Positions 1 through 12,700 of a stretch of 64,000 nt of DNA are shown piece after piece. The stretch lies in the NCBI GenBank assembly GCA_001643675.2, contig LSRY02000013.1:248001-312000 (forward strand), given 5' to 3'. The notes under the pieces are model-generated. The model searched no databases and was not told where the DNA came from. It worked only from the letters and a program-made list of their open reading frames with translations. This DNA is from Monocercomonoides exilis PA203. Taxonomy: Eukaryota > Protista > Preaxostyla. Position 1 is the stretch's first letter. The number at the start of each line of letters is the position of its first letter. Position numbers and translations under genes: made by a program.

Positions 1-20
1 AGGAGGCAGAGAAAAGCGGG

Positions 21-1836
21 ATGGCAGACAGAAACCCGATTGGCTCAGCATCGATGAGAGGAGGTTCAACACAAAGAAGCAGGGCAGACACGCAATTAAG
101 TTCATATCGAACTTCTGCTTCAGCAACTTCTCGAGTATCTCTGAATGGAGCAACTCCATCTACACCTCCGTTCTCTGCCTCTTCACTGAGAGAGGCCAAC
201 GGGGAAGCGACATATTCTTCGATGGTTGTTCCTCCGCTTTCAGTGACCAACAGTGCAGTCTCAGAGAATGCAGATTTGAGAGAGCGGATTATGGAGACAT
301 ATCTTTCAGCACGCCTCTCACAGCGTGCTGAAAGAGAGGCGCAGCAGCGCAATTTGTTTAAGGCGGTGCAGGCACATTCACAGCACTGCGGGCGAATGGA
401 GACAGAACACACAAAGCGGAGAGAGAGCGACAGGATTGCTTCTGTTGAAGGGAAAGGAGAAGGGTGGCAGTCTGAAAGAGAGAGAACACTGCTGAATGAC
501 ACAGACTCGCCTTCTGGCCACAGACATCCAGAACATACAGTGTATCATGCCTATCTCGATCCAAAATACAGAAAAAGCAGGAATACGCTGTTGCAGTATT
601 ACACTCCTGATGCTGGGAGGTTTGTTTTATTCTTTGTGTTCTTCATGAATTTTTCATATTTCTCCTTTTCATTCAATTTTTCTTTAAATGATAGTGGAAC
701 AGCACGCCATCACATTCCACATCTTCCACCGTTGAACTCCACACAGCATTCTCCCAATCCTCTCACTCCAGCTGGAAATGGCTCAAATCTTGCAATCACA
801 TCATCATCTGGATTAAGCAGTTCCAGATCAGACAAAGAATACACTGAAATATTCAGCCGCTCTCCGCTGAGTGGACGGATGAGGGAAGTGGCTGGAGATG
901 GAATGCTGCTCAGCGAAAGAGACGGAGGGCTGTCCACAAGACGCTCAAACGGCTGGTCGACTGCTCGTTTCGGGGCGAATGCGTTTCCATACGATGCAGA
1001 CACGAACATGTTTGCGAGGAACTCAGCGACTTCGTCGAAAGTGACTCCGCTCAAACTGCGCAACCCGCACGACGCGTCGCTCAGAGACAGAGAAATAAAA
1101 GTGGATACCGAAGAGACGGCAGATGCTGATGAAAAAATGAGGTTTTATTTTGTTAGTTATTCGTTTTTTTTACCGAATTTATTGAAAATTGCTTATTGTT
1201 TCTGTTTTTTTAATAAAATATTTGTTCTGCAACAGTGTGGATTCCAATTGGTCTGATACATCAAATGAAGATATTGCTGAGCGCGTTCGAGAGATAGAAG
1301 CTGAAGTGACTGAGAGAGAAGCATCTAACCTTTCCGCATCAAAAACGAATACTTCATTCTCTTCTACTTCTTATTCTTCGATCCGTCGCGGAGCAGGCTA
1401 TCATCTGAATACAGGGCGGGACGGCTCAGAAATGCTTGCTGGCACTGCAAAGTCGCAGTATCCTTCTCGCACACTTCAAACAAGCACATCATCACCACAA
1501 ATTTCTCCTGTCACTTCACTCCAGCCTCAAGGTTCGCCTATGGGCACTCTTCCACTCCAGGGCGATTATCATTTGTCTCCCTTCGTATCTGCAGAGAAAA
1601 AAGAAAGCACCCCTGTTCAGACATCTTCTTCTGAAGGTGTGTTCCTTTTTTTTAAAATTTATTTTTATTATTGAAAATCTTTGACAAATTATGTTGCAGA
1701 TTCAGAAACACCTTCTGAAGAGAAATCCTTTTCGATCACCAAAACAATGCAACGCATCAGTGAGTCAGTTGTTATTGATGAAAAAAGCACAGGAAAATAT
1801 CTTATACCGAATAGAATTGAAAAAGAGTTACAGTAG
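21..1836 (+). CDS. Hypothetical Ser/Thr-rich protein, 4 predicted exons (21-619, 695-1141, 1236-1636, 1700-1836); may extend upstream of the window
   Basis: GC-richer coding blocks separated by T-rich GT...AG introns (620-694, 1142-1235, 1637-1699). Splicing gives one frame ending at TAG 1834-1836. The frame is open upstream of ATG 21. No family recognised. Confidence 0.7.
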
Positions 1837-2151
1837 AATTATTTAACAATCAAAATATTATTATTTTTTCTTTCTAAGTCTTCAAGTTGTTTGTATCAAT
1901 CTTTCTTCCTTGTTTTATTTTTTTCTTTCAATTTTATGCTTTTGTATCATTTCGCCATTCTATGAAAACATTGTTAAAAGCCAAATCTGTTTAGATTTTG
2001 GGGGAAATGTCAGCAAAGTTAATGAGATGTAAAAGAAGATTTATTTAGTAAATGAACTAATCGTACATTAATTATTTCTCGAAGTGAAAGTTCAAGAAGA
2101 AATTGCAGTGAAGTTTAACACAAAAGAAAAATGTTGAAGTGGAGAAGGTGA

Positions 2152-2424
2152 TCACGATTTCTTGTGAGCAGCTGAAACTTCGCGAATGTGAATTGCAAAT
2201 GCATCATCTGGATTTTCTTCGTCCCATTCGTCTTGCCACTCTCCAGCGTCTATGTCAGCGGTTGGAGCCGAAAAATCTGAAAAATCAAAATCACGAACTA
2301 AAGCAATATAAATGTTTATAATCAATAAACCTCCCTCAAATTCTTCAAATTCATCGTCATCTTCCAAAGAAACAAGATGAGGTTGTGTTCGTTGTGTCTC
2401 TGGTGCCTTTTGTTTCTCCGACAT
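2152..2424 (-). CDS. SEM1: SEM1/DSS1 26S proteasome lid subunit, one 54-nt intron (2277-2330)
   Basis: LEDDDEFEEF and WQDEWDEE...DDAF motifs typical of DSS1/Sem1. The hydrophobic insert coincides with a GTTTAT...TTTCAG intron. Confidence 0.9.
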   Translation of the reverse strand: MSEKQKAPETQRTQPHLVSLEDDDEFEEFEGGLLIINIYIALVRDFDFSDFSAPTADIDAGEWQDEWDEENPDDAFAIHIREVSAAHKKS

Positions 2425-2602
2425 TTATCACTTGATCAAACTGCCCTTGATTTTTTTTATCAAAAACGAAAAAACAAAAATTATTCTGTCATCAAATAAA
2501 AAAATTTCATTACAATTCAAATTGAAATGTTAATAAAGAAGAGGAAGAAGAACCATAAATAATTACTTGATCTATTTTCAGCTTCGCTATTTGGGTAATC
2601 TA

Positions 2603-3407
2603 ATGGATATCACTTCACGCTTTTTCGATCTTGTGCAAGAAAATGAAGCCAAAAAACCACTTTCTCAGAGAAAGTCCGTTTCATTGCAAAAGAAAAACAG
2701 AAAAATTGATCCGAAATATATGCAGATTTTACAGAGAGCAAAAACTGTTCAGGGAAAGACAGCACAGTGCCTTAAAAAACTTTCCCATCTTAATGAACTT
2801 TCCAAAAGAAAAGATTTGTTTGATGAAAATGAGTCTCAAATCGACCTTCTTTCTGCGAGCTTTCAAACAGACATGCAAGATATTTCTGGAGAAATAGCTC
2901 GAATCAATCAACTTCTAAGCAACGCATCAATGAATGCTTCCACAATTGTGTGCATTTAATAATTCAAAAATACTCACCATATTTTCTTTTTTTTTTCAGA
3001 ATCATTCAAAAGCAATTGTTGAGGATTTGGCAAGTGTAACTCAAGATTTAACAAGAGCTTTTCAATCACAGTTGAAGGAGCACGCTGAGGTATACAAATT
3101 TTATTGTTCTTTTTTGTTTATTATTATTTTTTGAAGTACTTACAACAAAGAGCTGAACGACGAAATCTGTTCATGGGAACTGAAGATGTAGCTATTCCAA
3201 GAAGAAGTATGTAATTTAGTATTTTTGAATGAATTTTTAACTTTATTGCTTATTTTCTTATGTATGCTTCACAAAGAAGGATCTCACAAAATTCAGTATG
3301 GTAAATTTCTTTTTGACAATAATAAATATCTTTCAATTTGTTTGAACTTAAAACATTGTAGATTTGAAGATGAATTTGATGAACCAACGCCTGTCCTTTC
3401 CTCCTCC

Positions 3408-3438
<31 letters not shown>

Positions 3439-4131
3439 CTGTCACTTCATCAGCATCCACATCATTCAATTTTCCACGTCATTCTAATCAAAAACAAATG
3501 CCCACTCAGCGTTTCAACAGCAGCATGGCAGAGGACGATGATGCAAAATGGAACAATAATGGACTTGGTTTGTTTACAATGGAATTTTGAATACAAGTCA
3601 AATGTGAAATATTAATTTTTGATGAATAATTATTTGTTTGAATGCGTCTGTAAGATGAAAATTATGCTCCTCTAATTACCGAGAGACGACATGATGAAAG
3701 AACAGCTGTATGTCAAATGATTTTATATTGATGGAGAAATGAATGAATTTCTTCTGAATTATCTTTTTTTTTACAACAGTCTTTGAATATGGTACACCGG
3801 GCCATGAGTGAAATTAGCACCATGTTTCAGGATTTGGGACACCTTCTAACTCAACAGAGAGAAAGCCTTCAATTGTGTGCATCTAAGTATTTTTTTCTTT
3901 CAGCAATACTTATTTTAAAATTTCCTATATTGTTTCTATTTATTCATTAAATTCGAATGGGAACTTATCAGAATTGATGCAAATCTTGATGAGACAACTG
4001 AAAATATGGATGCTTCAATATCTGCACTTGAAAAGGCTAAGCGAAAATTTGCATCACGTCGCGGACTAATCATCAAGTGCTTTCTTGCAATTTTCGTTAT
4101 GTTGCTTATATTTGGGATTTTTATCAAATGA
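2603..4131 (+). CDS. STX5: Syntaxin-5/Sed5-like Qa-SNARE, multi-exon
   Basis: N-terminal MDITSRF (RDRTxEF-like), Habc region (LNELSKRKDLFDE), SNARE motif (ISTMFQDLGHLLTQQRE...IDANLDETTENM) and C-terminal TM anchor (RGLIIKCFLAIFVMLLIFGIFIK*). Exons joined by GT-AG introns. Confidence 0.85.
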
Positions 4132-4699
4132 ATTATGTTTGCTTTTTTGTTTTCGAAGAAATAAAGTTATTTTATTTCTTTTATTCAGAGTTATTTATTT
4201 GAAACTTTTAAATTAATTTTTCTTTTATGGAATACCACATATTTTATAGAAAGTTATACGATAATAATATGGAGAATTCTTTCTTTTTCAACAATAATAA
4301 ATGATTTGTTTCTTTCAATGCTATAATATTAATGCTTATGAACGTATTATTATATTAATAATTTATTAACTTTGGATGAGAAACAATTGAGTTATACAAA
4401 AAAAACTTACCCATCATTTTAATAATAAAATCTCAAAGATAAGAAAACATGCTTCAGATGAATTCGTATGAGTTTTCTTTCTATATTAATGATTTATTTA
4501 ACTTTTTAATTAATTTAAAAGTTACAAATATTGAGACCTCGCAACGAACGTGGGTTTGTAGCACGCAAATGGTGAAAATAACAAAGATTTTGCATTTGTG
4601 CAGCGTTGCGTTTGGGCCAAATGTTCCACTTCAACAAAAAAATTGTCTTGAAATTCTATTTATTGTTTAAGACTTATTTCAAAAAATTGGATCATGCAA

Positions 4700-6770
4700 A
4701 TTCGCATTTGAATGGAATCACTAAGAAGTGATAAACTTTCGTAATGCAATGTGAATGCACTTGAAAATAATGCAAGAAATTGAAAATAAAAACGAACAGG
4801 AGCAGAAGACTACCGATGCGAAAGGAAACAAAAACGTTGGAAGTCAAAAGGCGTTCGAACAGAAAATGAAGATTAAAATTGGAAGAACCAATAGAATAAA
4901 AGACGTTAAGTGATGTGATATTTAGCTGTAAAATATCAATTTCGCGTGACATCATCAAAACACAATTTGCGTTGAAGCTATACGCTAACTGAATGAAGTT
5001 GGAATTGATCAGGCGGAAAACGGAAAGGTGAATCAGAGATTGGGAAATTTTTCTATTCAAAGGAAAGTATTGCAAAGAAAAAGCAGCTTATTGTGACTGA
5101 GAATGCGATGACAGTTGGATAATAAAGTTAGACAAGCCGCAAAGAGTGGAAGAACTGCTGAGTCGTTAATGCTGATGAACAAGTTCACAAAATCAGCAGA
5201 GAAAGTTGAATACGATGAGAATTGCTATAAATCATGAAACAAAAACTTCCAAGAATGTTAAATAGAAAGCAGTGAAGAAGAAGTCAAGAAAATGGGGAAA
5301 TCAGCAAGAGAAGAAGAGGAGCGAAAGTTATTAGAAAGGAAAGTTAAAGCAAAAAATATATTTTTAAGAGAATGGATGGGATTGCCGCTACAAGAAACTT
5401 ACTCGAGGATACCAAAGCTAAAAGAGCTTTAGCCCCATTTCTTCAATCGGAAGTTAGTTCATCGTGAATCAAACAACAAGAAAGCGACATATCTTTCCAT
5501 CATCACAACATCGGAATCATCGGATGCTTAAACATTTTCATTTCTGTTTAATTCGCTGATTTTTCAGACAACTGAATAACTTGTTACGTCATTAATATGA
5601 ATTGAAGCGCAAAATGAATGAAACAGAAAAGGATGTTGGGAACGTTATATGGAGAGAATAAGTACAGAGCAGATCAGAAGATGTGCTAGATTTTTTAATG
5701 TTTTAATGCAGCATCAAAGAAACGTGAAGGAGGTTGAGAGATTTCCACGAGAGAAAAAAAGCGAATTTGATGGAAAGCATGATACTTGCTTCCACACAAG
5801 TGAAGGAGAAATTGCAAGGAAAGTGAGGCAGAAATGATTGTATGAAAAACTAAAGAAAAGGGTTTTTTTATATCATGCTGTTCATTTTAATCAACTTTTC
5901 TATCACTTTTGCATACGCAGGAGTTTTTGCGAATTCAAGGATGCTTTGATGCTCTTTACATACTTTCCAACAAAATTTGCTGTGTTTATCTCGTAATTGA
6001 AGAGAATATTCGAACTTGTAAGAACGAGATATATTTGCTCTGAAGCATTCGAGAAAGGATATGAATTAGTATAAGACGGCAGATCATTTTGCACAGCTTT
6101 AGGTAAATTACACCAACCGAAAAATATTTGTTTGCTGAATAACGGTGCTTTCTATAGATGCGTCCAAGTGAATGAAAGGAAAGACTTAATTTAAAGTTTT
6201 GCTGAATCAACATTTTGGACATATTAATGATAATGGTTGACCTTTTTTGCAGATAAAAAAAGATCATCTGAAATTCTTTGCGATTGCGAATTAACATATG
6301 TTCCTGTGTTGTTAAAGCTAATTGGATTTAATGAAGAAGACACTTATTTTTAAGCATTGAAATTTGATATTATTTGTTTGTTTTGGTCAGGTGCGTGCAA
6401 GAAGCTGTTGTTCAGCACTAACATCTGTTCTCATCTAATATGATGGTAAATGAAAAAACTTTCCCTGGCATTTGAAATAGCAAAAATCAGAAAAGCACAC
6501 TCACGTCTTGTTTGTCAAGCAACCTTTTCAGGAAAAGGAAATCAAAGGATGATGAAAACGATGAACAAAAAGATGTGAATGTTCGTAATGAAAGATAAGG
6601 AAGTGAAAAAAAGAAACATTGAAAATTTGATGAAATATCTAAATTTGGAAGACGAAGTTGAGTGAGCCTTTAAATGATGCTGCAGATTTACAAGGTTCAT
6701 CTTCAGACATCGCAAAAAAGTTAAACATTTTGCATAATCAGATAACGAAGCCTTGTTCACATAAACCATG
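4700..6770. pseudogene. Possible decayed coding or repeat-derived DNA of unknown origin
   Basis: Purine-rich, codon-like stretches broken by stops (e.g. KVRQAAKSGRTAESLMLMNKFTKSAEKVEYDE near 5120-5220). No intact ORF and no recognisable family. Confidence 0.2.
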
Positions 6771-6787
6771 AAACTTCAAAAACTCTA

Positions 6788-9700
6788 CTAATTGAAAGCT
6801 GATGCACTTCCAGATTCATCTTCACTTATGCAACCACCACTTTCCGGTTCGTTGTCAATTGCATCTGACATTGTGAACATCACAGCGCCTGAGGGGAATC
6901 TTTGGATAAGCTCTCTCTTAACATCAGCAAGATTGGGTCTCTGCTCATTCTGCTGTGAAAAGCAAATCGAAGAAAGACGACTGAGTGTTGACTTTCTTAT
7001 GCATGCAACATCTGGCCTTTCTCCTTTTGCAATCTTGTCTCCAGCAATCACAGCCTCGTACTCCCCGAACGGGATCTGGAGTGTCAGACACTCCCACAGC
7101 ATCATCCCGATCGAGAACACCACCGACTTCTTTGTTGCTCCCATCTTCTTGTTCATCTGCAGCTCTGGCGCCTTCCACCTCAGACACTCCTTTTTGTTGT
7201 CATCCTCATCCTCAAAGGCAGACGAGGGCAAAGAATCTCTATCATCATCATCATCATCGCTGGCAGATGTCGCAACAGTTGACGAGGAGATGGATGAGGA
7301 ATCGGAATCATCGTCAGATGAGAAGTCGGAGTGCATCACGATGCAGATGACCATGTGCTCAGAGAACAATACAATGTGGGGACTGAGATTGGCAAGTGAC
7401 TGAAGAGGATTTTCCATTTCATCAAACGAGTGAATGGCTCCGTTCGCCACCCAGAACAGGATCTGAGCAGCTGTTTGTTCTCTTTCCTTCAATGAACCAA
7501 TTGGCATCTCTTTTGTCTTATTCCTTCCGTGGAGCAGCATGAACAGTGAATCCCTCAGATCCACAATCAGCTTCTCATGAGGAGATGAACAGGCCATTGC
7601 ATCCACCAGGTTTGACATTGATGAAGTGGTTGGGCACAGATCCTCCCCTCGAACAAATGTTGAATCTGAATCGGTTGTTGAAGTGGATGAAATGGATGGA
7701 GATGGAGTCTGCTTTCTTATCTCTTCCTCCTCCTCCTTTTCCAATGCCCAATCAGGGATCTTGTCTGAATCTTTCCCTAGGATATATTCTGTTGATCCAC
7801 TCTCAGATAGAAGATGCTCTGATGATTCTGAATGTCCCAAGCTTTTCGCATACACCCTCTTCTTCATCCTCTCATCATTCTTCTTCTCAGCCTCCCTCTC
7901 TGCTCTCCTCCACTGCTCTTCTGGTGATATCTCCATCGTCACCATCTCGAATGCCTTCGGATCCTTCCTCACTGTATTTTCCACAATCACTTCAAGCTCC
8001 TCAGTTCTCTTCTTTTGCTTTCTCCACCGAACAGTTGAAATCACTGCAACGATTAGAATGACAAGAAGCACAAAAGCCATGATAATAACAATCAACAACC
8101 AATACGATTTCCCTTCTTTTCCTCCCTCGACAATCCTTTCATTTTCATCAATCTTGGGCTCACTTCTGTTCTTCAAAATAAAAGAATCAGTGGATGATGG
8201 AGCATCAGCATTACCAAAGAGCAGGCATGCTGATATTTCGGTTTCTTCATTGATTGACGGTAGCTCAGATAAATGCAAATCAGAACATATTACATTTTCG
8301 CTCACAAAGTCTGATGCATTTGTCATTTTTATTATCATCACTTCTTCTTTTCCGTTTTTTTGCTGCAACTGCATAGATAGATTACACGGAATAAGGTATT
8401 TTCCAAGAAAAGTGATTCTTGTCTTATCAGTTGAAATAGAGGCTAATTCAACACTATCCAAGACAGGAATAAAAAATGCGGATGTTCTCTCCTTTACGAT
8501 TCCTCGGAGCAAGCATCCATCATTCAAAATCCACAAACTGCTTCCCGGTAACAAGCCATCACCTCCTTTCAAGCTAGCTATATCAATTACTCCTCCATTT
8601 CTGCAAACTATATTCCTTCGCGCTGATTTAAATGATGGAATCAATGGATTGTTATTCACAAACATCCCCATTTTTATGGTTGTGAATCCTCCAAAAGCGC
8701 TTAATCCTCCACTTTTTCCATTTTCAACTATGCTTTCAATTATTGAAATTGACGAATTCGCATTGTCAATGATCGACTCGTTCCATTGGCAAATATCTTC
8801 TCCTTTGGAATCTTTATGATTAAAAACACTGACCTCTTCATTGATTTCTCCGTCAAATTCGCAAACGCTCATGGTCACATTTGTACACTCTTTGATTGCC
8901 AAAATCCTTCCTTTCTCTGCTAAAGAACTGCAACTCAGAAATGAGCAATTGGCCAAATTATTTGGGATTTTGCAAGATGAAATAGCCATTCCACATGCAT
9001 AACTTTCCATCGATGTGACATTGCTCATGAAAACATGCTCTACCTCGCAATATCCCTCCAATTTCTCTGAGAGCATCTGTGCATGTTGCATTAACTCTAT
9101 GGCACTTCCGCTTTGAAGTTTGAAATTTCGAACATCCAATTCTTTGATCGATATCTTGCTTTCGGTTGCTATTATACTGATTAAGTCATGCACTCCTTCC
9201 ACTGATTTGATGCATATCTTTTCAAAGGAGATATTACACGAATCTGATGAAATGAAAGTTTTAACAATTGACGAATTGCATTCAAATGATATGAGTGAAA
9301 CTTTTGAATCTACAGTAGAAATTATGCTTTCATTCATCAAGCATCTTGTGATCTCCATTTCATCCATATGGATAATTGCTCTAAATGCTGTGATAAATGA
9401 CAATGTTGAATTAATTTCATGAATATTCACGGAATTGGCTTGGAAGCTACAAGCTTCATTTACAACAATAACCGAATTCCTTGTGCTCAATAATTCAAAC
9501 GAAACATCAATCAAAACAACAGATCCGCTTTTCACCTCAATCACAGCTTCTGTTAATTCAATAATTTCTGCAAGTGATCCAAATGAACTCATTGAAAATG
9601 TGCTCTGCCCATCCTTGATCAGAATCACTGCTTCGCAAGTCGACTCATATCCTCTCAGAAACATTATATCTATTTTTTCGAATTTCACGCTTCCGCAGCA

Positions 9701-12700
9701 GTTGATCGTTCCTGTTCCATATGAACTTTCCTTGAACTTCTCTTCCATTTTAACTTTACTCCTCTCACTCATTGATCCACTTCTGACAGCCACATCTCTG
9801 CATTCACATTCTTGTCCCACTGCTGTCTCGCTCACTACAATCACCTGACTGTAGCCAGATGGAATTATGTGTCCGAGCCCATACCCTAGAGATGCACAAG
9901 GCTGAATCCATTGCCCGCATGGGTTGACATCTGCCGATTCATTCGATACATCGTTCACAAATATCAGCTCATTCCGATACGTGACAATCAATGGTATTAA
10001 ATCAACATCACTTATTGGCTCTGTTGAATCTGTTCCCCATATCGCATTTTCACGATCATACGGAGGCTCTCGAAAATCCAGCAAAAACTGACTCTCATTT
10101 ATCTGTTTCCTGAGTAATTCACACACCACAAATATATCCCTTCCTACAATTGCTTCATTCTTACGAAAATTTACATTCGAAAAGAGGATAGGCAATATTT
10201 CCTCATGTGTGTGTATTCCTTCAATATAAATCCCACCTCCTTTTCCAACCTTTGTTCCGCACCTAACCACTTTCGATTCATTCATTTCAAATGTTGTTCT
10301 ATCACAGACTGCCACAAAAAATGAGCCTCCAAATCTACTTTTTTCAGAACTGCATTCTGTGATAGTTGAATTCTTTACCAATATACTTTGGATATTTTCA
10401 ACCGTATGAGATTCCATCACACATGCACTTTCTCCTCTCCCACTCATTGATTCAATATCACATGAATCCATAAGCACACTTCTTACAGAATTCTCTTCAC
10501 TTGGCACTTGCAGCGCGCTGTTTATCACCAAAGCACTTTTAATAAGTGGAATTAAAAAAAAACAACAGTATTCAAAATTAATTATCCCATCTGATATCAC
10601 AAATATGCTTTCAGCAACGCAAGAATCTTCTCCACAAACAAAGCGGCAATTTGCCACAGTTAACAACGAATCTGGAAAGCAATGCGATATTACTCCTTTA
10701 TACTTTACAGGTGTTGTGCAATTCAGTTGAAGATTCAGTTTACGCAACGTTCCATCCTTCACCTCAACAATGTTCTCTCTTTTCTTTTCTTCTCCAATTT
10801 TTATTCGCAGATCTGCATATGCATCATTTATCGATTCAATTCCAATGTTATCAATAATAAATTCTTGTTCAATATGTGCATTTACATTGACTTTTACGCA
10901 CAGTTCTCCCTCTCCTGCTATTCTGTTTACCCCATAATCTACACTTCTGCACTCAAACACACTCTGTCCACATCCAATGTGGTTCATCCCTTTCGTAGAG
11001 CTCACAAACACCATGCTTGCCTTGTATCCAAGGATCAGATAAAACAGATCTTCATCCTTCTCTTGAAACCAAACATCGTCTATCCCTCTGAGTGAATTGT
11101 TTCTATCTTCTTGCTCAATTAATGATGCCCATCCGCATGAGCTGCTGTTCACAATTTCAATTAAACTGTGACATTTCAGAAACATATCTTTCCCTACAAT
11201 TGCTCTGTTTGCATTAAATGTCAAATGAGACAAAGTCAAAAGTGTATTTTCTTCCTTGCAGCATATCCACATCCCTCCTCCATAGCCTCCACCACTTCTC
11301 GAGCTTTCTGAAGCACATCCGTATAACATCATTTTCTCCGTTTCATTCCCGATTAATAGACTTCCTCCACCACTAACAAAAAACAGCATTCCACCCCCGT
11401 TCCCTTCATACACATTACAGTTTTTCATCGAGCACCCAACCATCTCCACGCAGCATCCTTCTCCAATACTTCCTTCAATCCCTCCTCCATTTCCATCGTT
11501 AACGTTTATCTTCTCTATTGTGCAGTTCTTCATTCTTACACAACATTCTGCTCCAAACGAAATGCATGATTTTTGATCCAACCAGAACGATGAAATGCTG
11601 GTGTCCTCTATCTCCACAGTTCCACCTTCAAAAACAGCAACAGATGTTCTGAATTTATTGTCACTGTTATGTTCGATATCCGACGTTACCTTGCAACCTC
11701 TCACTAACATATTTCCATTTCCAGACAAATGGAATACTGTTGCATCTGCTGATGAATCTGATGAGCTCCTTACAATGCTGAACAAACTCATGGACAATGA
11801 TCCAGAACTGACATAGAACAATGAAGACAGAATTGTTTTAGAAACTATTGTAGCTTCTCCGTTCACTCCCTTTTCAATTTCTATAATCTTCTCACCAATT
11901 TTGCATTCACCCTCTGTTAGAACATCATTCTCCACAACAATTTTTGTTTGATATTGTGAAAACTCGTTGGCAATCTCCACAGCGTATTGCATCGTTCTGC
12001 ATTTACGCTCGTTTTTTCCGCATGCTTTGTGGTCAATTCCAGCATTTCCATCTAAATGAAGTTCACTTAATGATCCATTGAATATCCAATCGCTAACATC
12101 AGCATCTCCATTTACCACTCGCCTATTACCTTCAGTCATCGACCTGCACTCAATAAAAATTTCTTTTTTTGCATGACTCACCCACCGCGCTTTGAAAGAT
12201 ACATCCTTTCCATCCTCTCTGCACAAATTATCCTCAAAATAACAAAATTTTATTAATGATGTCCAATCACCTCCATAAGTTCCATCTCCTGCAAAGTTGA
12301 TTCCGCCTCCAAATTTTGCTTCGCATCTAAAAAATCCGCAATCGCTCACTATTATATTTTTTGAGTCACCAATCATTAAACCTCCTCCACCTAAATTTGA
12401 TACTGGTTCTCCTTCATCGCATTCCAAAAATAGGCATTCAGATATTGTATTGTTTTGAACATATCTGTTCAGATATACTGCTCCTCCTCCCATTTCTCCG
12501 TGATTTCGAGTATAATTAACTTTACTGAGAATCAAATTCATTTGATAATCAAGATGAGAAAATCCTGCTAATTGTTTTGCAGAACAATTAATTGCATAAG
12601 AATTGTTAATCGTTAAGTCCGAATTAACATATCCGTAACCAGTGAACAGAACACCCCCCTTTAGTTCCGAACGACATTCAACAAATGCACAGTCAATAAA

